Assembly: GCA_010909165.1 (NCBI GenBank)
Contig: MU008163.1
Span: forward strand, 1,674,001 to 1,738,000
Source: Anthoceros angustus
Lineage: Eukaryota > Plantae > Anthocerotophyta
Direction: 5' to 3'
DNA: 64,000 nucleotides
The notes beneath the pieces are model-generated. The model had not been told where the DNA came from. It saw nothing but the letters and a program-made list of their open reading frames with translations, and did no database searches. Each line of letters begins with the position of its first letter. Positions within the stretch are counted from its first letter, which is position 1. A program made the translations under genes and the position numbers. This document shows positions 23,712-33,995 of this stretch, one piece after another.

Positions 23712-25358
23712 CTATGAAGCAGGGGACACAGCGACAGGAATTCCAGGCTTCGGCTCCAACACGCTCACATTTGGAAGAGATTTGGCCAGAAGCTCCTGTA
23801 ATTACAAGCCCGCAATGCGAGTGAAGAACTAGGAAAAGACCGAATTTTGGACAATAGTAAGAAAAGGCTACCTTGAATTCTTCAGTCGTGCCCTTCTGTT
23901 TCACAAGCAGGCTGAGGAGGCCTTTGGCATCCAACTCGCCATTATTCATTGTCAGGACGTACCTGGCAGAGCATGGGACCCATGAGGTAAATGGCATGTA
24001 TAAATGATGGCACACTAGGAGGAGGAGGAAGAAGAAGGTGAGGTAAGGTTACTTGGGTTTCAGCAGCTTGGCCAGCTCTACTGCATCCTCCTGGCCTGAT
24101 ACAAGAGTGTATCCAGGTAGGACTTGCTTGATGACAGGAGTTAGAAGAACATCGATTGGCTCCTCCTTCTCCAAGAGAGATCGGTTAAAGATGCAGTGAG
24201 GCTCATAGTATATGGACAGCTTTGGGTCCAGCAGCTGCAGAAAGTACCTACAGGTGCCATACAGGGGTGACTCCATGAATTCCTAAATGGCTGTGTTCAC
24301 CAGGAGAATTGCAGCGAGGGTGACGAAGACGCAGACTTACCCATTTTCAGGCCGTTGCCAGGGAGGACCCAGGACTGGTCCAGGAGAGGCACGAATTTTG
24401 AGCTCAGATTCACGTCCTTTCACTGTGGTAGTATCACCAGGTTCAAGGTAGGTAACCTGCCAAGAAGAACGCCATAAGCATCTTGTGGAAGAGGAAGATC
24501 AGCCGGGAAGGAAGTCTGGCAGGGACGACCGCATCCAGTACCTCCTTGTAGAAATTCTTCAAGATAGGCTCCGCATTTGGGGAGGAAATGACCTTCAGGT
24601 CTGGCAACATCTTGGACAAAGGACCCAGTGTCTTTGCATGGCAGTGGTCATCGTAACCTTGGGTGATGAGCAGAACATCAATGACAGGTAGATCTTCCAG
24701 CTAAAAGGCCGAGGAAAAAGGAGTGCAAAGGGTCATGGACCATGCGGCAACAGACACCTTCCAAACAACACGGCAAACATTGAGGCAGTACCTGGAAATC
24801 CTTCATCTCCAGCTTCCCTGCATCGTAGAAGATGGGAATCCCAAAGTCCAAATTTCCCACCAACACCGGGTCAACCAAAATGGTTATGTCTCCCACCTTC
24901 CACAACCAGCTGTTCCCCTGCCACATGAAAGCAACTCAGGGCAACGACGCAAGACTATGCAACAACTTGCCAAGCCATGCCATGACCAGTCGTGAACAGA
25001 CCTCCAGATAGGTCACTTGGAAGGGAGAATCGCTGGTTCCAGGAACTGCTGCCTCTTCCTGCAAAGTGCCTGGAGCTGCAGCTCCCATCACCCCTCTACA
25101 TTTATCCCTCGATTCCTCCCCCCTTGTCGAAAGAGCTGAAGCAGCCAGCCATCGATTCCCGCGCCAAGTCCCGACAACGTGTGACGAACAAACATGCAAT
25201 GGAGCCGCACCGGAAACCCTTGGATACAAAGCGGCAGCCGGACTGTCGAACGCATTGGCAGGAGTGCGACAATCCGACCCGGAACAACCCGGTCCCAGAC
25301 CAGCTTGCTTCAAGCAGGATAAGGCAACCCTGGAGGAGCAGGAAGCCAACCCCGCCAT
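23712..25358 (-). CDS. Metallo-beta-lactamase-fold hydrolase (Lactamase_B_3 type), likely plastid-targeted, multi-exon
   Basis: TYLE|GNSWLWKVGDITILVDPVLVGNLDFGIP, LLITQGYDDHCH, GPVLGPPWQRPENGY, YYEPHC. Ser/Ala-rich N-terminus from ATG 25358; TAG 23712. Confidence 0.85.
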
Positions 25359-25686
25359 AGCCCAGGGGTTTGTGCAATCCTTAGCCCGGGAATCGAAGCC
25401 GAGCTCTGTCACGTCACCGCATGTCAGGCTCACGGCATGGCAAAATGCCATCCCGCTGCATACCCAGCTCAAATCAGGTCGGCGGACTTGGCAGCATCTG
25501 GGCCACAGACCGGTTCGCGCATCTGGCAACACAGAAATTCCTTCCAGCCTCCAGGTCATCACCTGCTTCCAGTTGGCTTCACGGACATCCACCATTTGGC
25601 ATCCCACTCCAGTTTCTTTCAACACAGCAGAATCCAGACATAAAAAACTGGCTCGCAAGCCCGTTCGCCCACTTTTCTGATCTCTC

Positions 25687-26240
25687 ATGACTCCAGCTAT
25701 GGCCGCCGCCAGACGGGTTTCTACAATCATGAGCCGCCAGCTCCTCCAGCCCCAGGCGACGATTGCGAGCTACGCAGCAACTAAACCCACAACATCCAGC
25801 CGAATCCAAGGTACGTCGTGCACGCACACTAATCTTGCACCACCAAGTCCTTCCCCCAGCTATTTAAGTATTCACGATCAAACATAGGAAACTCGGTGGG
25901 CGAGCATGTCGGCGAGGACATCAACATCATGGAGTCCGGGAATCTATCCCAAGGTACATCACGCTGCACGCACATCGATCTCGATCTATCCATACCTACA
26001 GTTTGTCCGAGTTTCGGAGAGATGCTATCAATTTGTATCATAACTCGTCTCACTCTCGCAGGTACCTTGAAGAGCCAACCTGGTTATTCTGCCAAGAAAG
26101 CTGCCCTGGAGAAGCTTGGGCCTGAGGAACATGAGGAGGCAGACAAGGAAGCTGTACAAGGCAAAGACAAGAAAGATTCACCCAACGCAGACGAAGTTTG
26201 CGAGCGTGTTCTCAAAGATGACATTCCTGTAGGCATTTGA
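25687..26240 (+). CDS. Small hydrophilic protein of unknown function, 3 exons (25687-25810, 25888-25953, 26062-26240)
   Basis: Two canonical phase-1 introns join three ORF pieces in frame. The N-terminus is Arg/Ser/Ala-rich and the C-terminus charged. Confidence 0.6.
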
Positions 26241-26725
26241 AAACGTCGTGCAGTCTGTAATGTGCGTTTGTAATGTGCAGTGTACATGTGCGTTGCCTTG
26301 GTTTACAGTACACTTTAGCGGCGGCAAATTCACATTGCGCACGAAAACAAAACACGAAAGTATCCAATTGTATCGGTAGATATCACAGATTTCATGGCTT
26401 TCAACGAAGGAAGGCATTCGGTTTTGTTCAAGAGCATCAAGTAGTCGCTTCCCAAGAAAGATGACATTTTACAAGGCACAATTTCGTTCAAGAGCATCGA
26501 GTAAGATCAATCTTCAAATCTTCTGTTATATATACAAAACACCATGTGCAGTACCGGTACATTAAATCTACCAGTGGACACCACAAATCCAAACTCACTT
26601 GGATGGCACACAAGTTTCAAGTACAAACACTTGTCGACTGACACCGCTATCCTTCTTCACTAAGGAAGAGGTATGTACAGATTGTAAAGCTCCTGACAGG
26701 TCCTAGAAACAATGGATCCAGGAAT

Positions 26726-28833
26726 TTACAACCTTGCATCTTTAGACTTGTCACCTCCTTCGACTACCTCTTCCATGGGATCCGTAGTAGGATCCGGCAC
26801 CCCAGTGTCTTGCGGATCAGCTGAAGCAGCAGCAGCCAGCTTCAATCCCATTTCGTCATGCTTGGCTCCAGCCTCCTGAGGGTGAGGACTCCCCACAACC
26901 GCTTCCTTAAACTGCATCACCTTCTCTATGGCCATTGTGGGCACCTGCAGGACAAATGCTACCGAGTCACAGACTGCCACCATTTCCAAAAAGGCCCCAA
27001 CTACTAAAACATCCCTGCAAGCCTGTCCAACAGCCAGACCTCCGCAATGAGTATCCTCCGAAAAGCGTTGGCCAAGGAGGCATCGATACCAGCGATTTCA
27101 AACTCGATGTCATCCTCCGTCAACCGAGTAACCTGCACCCTGAGGTTTTTCCGGAACTCGTCAAAGGTCAAGCTGTTGTCCACCCCGGAGGCCATATAGG
27201 CTCCGGAGTAATGCACCGGGTCCGTCTGCAAATTCAGCTTAAGCAATTCAGGCACAAGCAGAGCAGAGGTGAATGAACTCGAAGTCGAGGACACAGAGCA
27301 GCAGTGATTCAAGTACATAAATTGGCGCGTCCGGGTTGCACACCACCGCGTCCGCTGGAGCTCCAGGTGCTCCGGGAGCCGCCCCTTGGGCACATCGTCC
27401 AGGTCCCCATGCCGGGCCATGGCCGCAGCCAGTGTAAATCACTCAGACTTGTGGCTTAAACCCTGGTTTTAGGGCCGGGAGCGGGTTAGGAAAATCTTCA
27501 GAGCCAGGATAACACCCTGAACAATGGCATACCAAGATGGGAATTACCGAGAAGAGGATGACAGATGGGCTCAAAATCCTGTCTGAATTGTGTCCAAATT
27601 GCTAGCCGGTGAAGTGCAGACTGTGATATCAGTGTGGCATCTAACAAGTGCTTGTCCAGCAATTTGACCCAAATAGTTGATGGATACCACCGTCACTCCT
27701 CGTTCACTAAATCCTAAATCATATGGCCCATCTCGTTATGTACCTAGGTGTCTGATGCCTTCTGCTTGGCAGACTCCGTGGTCTCTGATGCCTTCTGCTT
27801 GGCCGAACTTGGCCTCGGCTCCTCTCTCTGTACTGCTTCCTCCGCCTTCCGCTGCGCCTCCTCCTTGGTCTCCCTGGCTTTTGTTGCTGCCTCCTCCACC
27901 TGGCGATTGAACTCCTGTGGTCTCTCCCGCGCTGCTTCATGGACTCTCTGGTTTCAGACGCCTTCTGCTTCATGGATTCCTTAATCTCAGACGCCTTCTG
28001 CTTTGCAGATTCGGTGGTTTCAGACGCCTTCTGCTTGGCAGACTCCGTGGTTTGAAGCCTTCTGCTTGGCAGACTCCGTGGCATCAGACGCCTTCTGCTT
28101 GGCAGACTCCGTGGTATCAGCCACAGTGTCCTGAGCCCTACCGGCCGCTTCCTCTGCTCTCCGCTCAACTTCCTCCTCCGTCTCACCGGCTCTCGCTGAA
28201 GCATCCTCCACTCTGTGCTTGAATTCCTCCATGGTCTCTCCCGCGCGCTGCTTCATGGACTGCGGTCTCGGCAGTGCTCTGCTTGGCCGACTCCGCAGTC
28301 TGCCCTACCTTCTCCTTGGTAGACTGTGCCATCTCACCTGCCTTCTCCTTGGCAGACTGCGCCATTCCACCTGCCTTGTCCCTGGCGCTCTCGGCGGTCT
28401 CCAGTGCCGCTCGCGGTCCTGCTCCAGCTGTTCCCTCCCGGCCCCGTGAGCTCCTCCAGCTTCTTCCTCGCCACCTCCACCATGTCCTGCAGCTTCCCCA
28501 TGGCAGAGTCCTTCGTCTCCACCGCCGTCTGCTGCGCACTCTCCTGGCCTCATTCGCCTTGTCCGCAGCCTGGCTCGCCTTCTCAGCAGTGGCTTCCTTG
28601 CTCCTCTCCGTCGCCTCCGCCAGAGTTTCCTTGGCCCTGATGTACCGGTCCTGCGCCTCCTTCAAGGCCGCAGCAGCGGAGTCCGCTGCCGCGCCACCGT
28701 ACTCCGACATGGACTCCCTCGCTTTGTCCGTGGCATAGGACGCCTTCTCCCTCGCAGCTCCCGATCTCTCGTCCGCTTCCTTCCCGGCATCCGTGCGGTG
28801 CTCTTCACTTTTGTACTCCTTCTCCGACGCCAT
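26726..28833 (-). pseudogene. LEA (group 3 / LEA_4-like) gene copy 1: frameshifted and interrupted by the AC40 fragment; C-terminus at 26726-26926
   Basis: MASEKEYKSEEH start, TESAKQKASE 11-mers and many 1-2 bp deletions relative to copy 2. EKVMQFKEAVVG...DARL* resumes beyond the insert. Confidence 0.75.
26918..27759 (-). repeat. Direct copy of AC40 promoter and 5' exons (15588-16439) inside the LEA gene
   Basis: 842 vs 852 bp; the differences are almost all run-shortening deletions. Junction microhomologies CACCTTCTC and TCTGATGCC. Confidence 0.95.
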
Positions 28834-29756
28834 GGCTACAATGTTCCTCGACTTCGTCCTCAGCGGGAGCTGGTGCTGGTGCTACTTCTCCTGCTGCTTG
28901 TGAAGCTTGCTCGCCTGAAGGCTGCAAGATCCTAGGAGCACAACTCGATCAACCTTGCGGAATGCAGATGCTTGCAGGGGCATGCAAGTCCGACTGGGGA
29001 GAGCAAGATGCTTGTACGCAACACGGTAACATACAGACAAGAGCAAGAGCAGATGATCCCGAGCTGGTACTAGGCTGCCACCCTGCTCGGTCTTAATGAT
29101 CCCATTTTCAGCCGAGGACGGAGGGAATGCTGAAGTGGAGCAACACGCGGCGCATCACAGAGCTGCCAAGGCAGCAGAGCTGTGCACGTCACAGCCTGTT
29201 CCTCATTTCGAGGCCAGCCAGCGTGCTGGATGGCTCAGATGTGGCATGCCTCTGTGGAACATCACAACTCTTTCCTTTCTTGTACAAGTCCGTTACCGCA
29301 CTCGCAGCCGCTCATCTCTTTGCGCCCACGCTAGCAAGGTGGCAACGTCAGGACTGTGGAGACCAGCGATCGAAAATTTGGTTGCGGCCATTTGTTATCG
29401 CCCGGACCATCAAAGGACGTCATCTATGCGAAGAAGTTTGGGTTGAGTTTGTTACAAGTTCAGGTAAGTCATGTTTGTTGGAAGTGTTAAAAGCATAGAG
29501 GTCTATGCCTTATGCCTGTGGAATGGGCTTCCGCTCTGCTTCAGTTTGATGTTTTCTCACTAGCACTGGTTCTTCAGTTATCGGTTGTGCCGAGAGGCAT
29601 GCAAGGGTGCATGTGTGGCTAAGTGGGAATGAGAGGAGCCCATTCCGATTGCAAAGACGCTGCTGATGAGCCTGCGGCTCTGCGGCCACCGAGCATCACT
29701 TGGGCACTGTGCAATAGGGCAACAACGGTGACTCTCAAATCACTGCACTCGTTTCC

Positions 29757-31290
29757 TTGGCAGACTCCGTGGTCTCTGATGCCTTCTGCTTCATGGATTC
29801 CTTAATCTCAGACGCCTTCTGCTTGGCCGACTCCGCAGTCTGCCCTACCTTCTCCTTGGCAGACTCCGTGGCATCAGACGCCTTCTGCTTCATGGACTCT
29901 CTGGTTTCAGATGCCTTCTGCTTTACAGACTCCGTGGCATCAGACGCCTTCTCCTTGGCAGACTCCGTGGCATCAGACGCCTTCTGCTTCATGGACTCCG
30001 CGGTCTCGGCAGTGCTCTGCTTGGCAGACTCCGTGGCATCAGACGCCTTCTCCTTGGTAGACTGTGCCATCTCACCTGCCTTCTCCTTGGTCTCCCCGGC
30101 TTTTGTTGCTGCCTCCTCCTTGGTAGCAGCCTCCTCCACTCTGCGCTTGAACTCCTCCGTGCTCTCTCCCGCGCGCTGCTTCATGGATTCCGCGGTCTCT
30201 GATGCCTTCTGCTTGGCAGACTCTGTGGTCTCTGATGCTTTCTGCTTGGCCGAATCCTTGGCCTCGGCTCCTCTCTGTACTGCTTCCTCCGCCTTCCGCT
30301 GCGCCTCCTCCTTGGTCTCCCCGGCTTTTGTTGCTGCCTCCTCCACCCGGCGATTGAACTCCTCCGTGGTCTCTCCCGCGCGCTGCTTCATGGACTCTCT
30401 GGTTTCAGATGCCTTCTGCTTCATGGATTCCTTAATCTCAGACGCCTTCTGCTTTGCAGATTCGGTGGTTTCAGACGCCTTCTGCTTTACAGACTCCGTG
30501 GTTTCCGAAGCCTTCTGCTTGGCAGACTCCGTGGCATCAGACGCCTTCTTCTTAGCAGACTCCGTGGTATCAGCCACAGTGTCCCGAGCCCTACCGGCCG
30601 CTTCCTCTGCTCTCCGCTCAACTTCCTCCTCCGTCTCACCGGCTCTCGCTGAAGCATCCTCCACTCTGTGCTTGAATTCCTCCATGGTCTCTCCCGCGCG
30701 CTGCTTCATGGACTCCGCGGTCTCGGCAGTGCTCTGCTTGGCCGACTCCGCAGTCTGCCCTACCTTCTCCTTGGTAGACTGTGCCATCTCACCTGCCTTC
30801 TCCTTGGCAGACTGCGCCATTCCACCTGCCTTGTCCCTGGCGCTCTCGGCGGTCTCCCGAGTGCCGCTCGCGGTCTGCTCCAGCTGTTCCCTCCCGGCCC
30901 CCGTGAGCTCCTCCAGCTTCTTCCTCGCCACCTCCACCATGTCCTGCAGCTTCCCCATGGCAGAGTCCTTCGTCTCCACCGCCGTCTGCTGCGCACTCTC
31001 CCTGGCCTCATTCGCCTTGTCCGCAGCCTGGCTCGCCTTCTCAGCAGTGGCTTCCTTGCTCCTCTCCGTCGCCTCCGCCAGAGTTTCCTTGGCCCTGATG
31101 TACCGGTCCTGCGCCTCCTTCAAGGCCGCAGCAGCGGAGTCGCTGCCGCGCCACCGTACTCCGACATGGACTCCCTCGCTTTGTCCGTGGCATAGGACGC
31201 CTTCTCCCTCGCAGCTCCCGATCTCTCGTCCGCTTCCTTCCCGGCATCCGTGCGGTGCTCTTCACTTTTGTACTCCTTCTCCGACGCCAT
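29757..31290 (-). CDS. LEA (group 3 / LEA_4-like) gene copy 2 with a long 11-mer array; one frameshift near 31140, 3' end cut at the duplication junction
   Basis: 462-aa ORF of TAESAKQKASE-type repeats. Comparison with copy 1 shows one C missing at about 31140. Confidence 0.85.
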
Positions 31291-32471
31291 GGCTACAATG
31301 TTCCTCGACTTCGTCCTCAGCGGGAGCTGGTGCTGGTGCTGATACTTCTCCTGCTGCTTGTGAAGCTTGCTCGCTCGAAGGCTGCAAGATCCTAGGAGCA
31401 CAACTCGATCAACCTTGCGGAATGCAGATGCTTGCAGGGGGCATGCAAGTCCGACTGGGGCGGGAGAGCAAGATGCTTGTACGCAACACGGTAACATACA
31501 GACAAGAGCTGCAAGAGCAGATGATCCCGAGCTGGTACTAGGCTGCCACCCTGCTCGGTCTTAATGATCCCATTTTCAGCCGAGGACGGAGGGGAATGCT
31601 GAAGTGGAGCAACACGCGGCGCATCACAGAGCTGCCAAGGCAGCAGAGCTGTGCACGTCACAGCCTGTTCCTCATTTCGAGCCAGCCAGCGTGCTGGATA
31701 GCTCAGATGTGGCATGCCTCTGTGGAACATCACAACTCTTTCCTTTCTTGTACAAGTCCGTTACCGCACTCGCAGCCGCCATCATCTCTTTGCGCCCACG
31801 CTAGCAAGGTGGCAACGTCAGGACTGTGGAGACCAGCGATCGAAAATTTGGTTGCGGCCATTTGTTATCGCCCGGACCATCAAAGGACGTCATCTATGCG
31901 AAGAAGTTTGGGTTGAGTTTGTTACAAGTTCGAGTAAGTCATGTTTGTTGGAAGTGTTAAAAGCATAGAGGTCTATGCCTTATGCCTGTGGAATGGGCTT
32001 CCCGCTCTGCTTCAGTTTGATGTTTTCTCACTAGCACCGGTTCTTCAGTTATCGGTTGTGCCGAGAGGCATGCGGGGGTGGGGTGCATGTGTGGCCCGGC
32101 GGGAATGAGAGGAGCCCATTCCGATTGCAAAGACGCTGCTGATGAGCCTGCGGCTCTGCGGCCACCCGAGCATCACTTGGGCACTGTGCAATAGGGCAAC
32201 AACGGTGACTCTCAAATCCACTGCACTCGTTTCGTGGCACGCTCAGTTGTAGCCATCCTTCGGGGGGTTGTTGCTTATCTCAAAGCCTAGAGATTGACAC
32301 CCATGTACTGCACCATCGACACCATCGACACCATCACCGAGTGACCAGCTGGTTCCAGAATGCGACAACTTGGATTGCATACAGACAAAGTTTACCTTGG
32401 TTAGCATCATAAGAGGCCCATGCCGCTTGACTGGGGCAGTGACTGGAAAAGAGAGCACAGAGCACTCTGGA

Positions 32472-33656
32472 CTATCTCCCTCTTCGTCTTCTCCTGGACG
32501 GATATTTGTATTGCCTCTCCCATATCACGGTATCAGCCTCCTCTGTTCTGCCTGCAGCCTTCAATGTTTCTGCGATGAGCTGATAAGTAGCTTCATCCGG
32601 AGTCAGACGAGCCTCTTTCATGCGCCTGAACAATTTTGCGACTTCCTCCACATTTCCTGCCTTGGAGTGCACCTCTATCATGGCACTGTAAGCAAGCTCA
32701 CTGCGTTTGCACTTAGCCTCCGGCATGCGGTCGAACAGCTGACATGCCTCTTGGATCTTGCCCGAGGCTCCCAAGCTCCGAATCATAACAGCGTGGGTGT
32801 GGTTGTTGGGCCGGCACCCGGCCAGAGCCATCTGCTGGTACACCCTCATAGCCTCGTAGTGGAACCTCTGCTTCGCAAGGGAGTGGAGGAGAGAGTTGTA
32901 AGTCTCCTTGTTGGGCTTGCAGCCGCGTGCCTCCATGGCCGCCACCACCCTCACAGCTTCCTTCACGTTCCACAGTCTTCCGTACCACTTCACCAGTATG
33001 TTGTAGGTGGGAGCATCGGGTGGGCAGCCCTCCCGGTGCATCGTCTGCAGCAACTCCTCCATGGCCCTGAAGTTCCCACTCCGCCCGAACACATTCATCA
33101 TGGTGTAGTAGGTGTGGCCGTTGTGCTTGAACCCCGGCTGCCCTGCCGCCCAGTTGAAGAAACCCCATGCCATGTCCGCGTTCACAGTCAGCCTCTTCAC
33201 CACCATGTTCACTCTGTGCGGAGTCATATACCACCCCAGCCCCTCCACGCTCTTGCCTCGATCCTCCCCCCATTTCCCCTTCCCCAGCACCTCAACCACC
33301 CTCTTGGCAATCTTCAAATCCGAAGGCGGATCGACCACCTTGGTACCGGATTTGGCAGCAGAACCCAACTCCAAAGCAGCAGCCCCTGCGCCTTGAGCAC
33401 AGCTAGTGTACACGTTCCGGCATACGCTCAACAGAAAAGCATACCTCCATCCAGCACCACTTCGTGTGGAAAATGCAGGCCACACATCCAACTGCTGTGC
33501 AGCCCGGTCCCTAGATCTCGCACCACGAAGCCTTCCTTGCACCTTCCTGTCCCCTTCCTGGCATCCAACACCTTCCTGGAAGCATCTCGCAGCTCCCAGG
33601 ATCTTCTTGCGCTGTGCCGATGATGCAAGCCTCCACCAGGTGATGGCATTTGGCAT
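32472..33656 (-). CDS. P-class pentatricopeptide repeat protein
   Basis: AWGFFNWAAGQPGFKHNGHTYYTMMNVFGR followed by about five 35-aa repeats (PDAPTYNILV, PNKETYNSLL, PNNHTHAVMI). Confidence 0.9.
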   Translation of the reverse strand: MPNAITWWRLASSAQRKKILGAARCFQEGVGCQEGDRKVQGRLRGARSRDRAAQQLDVWPAFSTRSGAGWRYAFLLSVCRNVYTSCAQGAGAAALELGSAAKSGTKVVDPPSDLKIAKRVVEVLGKGKWGEDRGKSVEGLGWYMTPHRVNMVVKRLTVNADMAWGFFNWAAGQPGFKHNGHTYYTMMNVFGRSGNFRAMEELLQTMHREGCPPDAPTYNILVKWYGRLWNVKEAVRVVAAMEARGCKPNKETYNSLLHSLAKQRFHYEAMRVYQQMALAGCRPNNHTHAVMIRSLGASGKIQEACQLFDRMPEAKCKRSELAYSAMIEVHSKAGNVEEVAKLFRRMKEARLTPDEATYQLIAETLKAAGRTEEADTVIWERQYKYPSRRRRRGR

Positions 33657-33995
33657 GCTGCAGGCAGACGGAGAGACACCGGAACCTCCATAAACCCAGT
33701 AGTCGATAGAAAAAACCCTAGTTTTGGAAACAAGAGAGAGAGCGGGAGTGTGTTAGCAGCATCGCTTCCTCAGCTAGGAGTGCGGAAAAACAATATCTGG
33801 AAAGGTGCTGGTGTCTGGACGTTGGATTGGAGCCCAAGTTTCTGGACGAAGGAGAAGAGGAGGGAAGAGAAGATGGTGGCAGAGTAATTATCGGAGCTCA
33901 CACCTAGGGTTTAGCGGATAGGAGGAGGTGCTGCTGGCGGTGGCACAGTGGGGGTGTAGGATCAACAGGAGAGGAGGTGTGGGTAGGGGCGGAGG
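33657..33995. promoter_or_regulatory. Compact bidirectional promoter with two opposed telo-boxes
   Basis: 339 bp between divergent starts; AAACCCTA at 33713-33720 and TAGGGTTT at 33905-33912. Confidence 0.55.

Noticed and set aside
29757-31541. 594-aa plus-strand ORF
   Set aside because: Antisense shadow of the repetitive LEA coding sequence.
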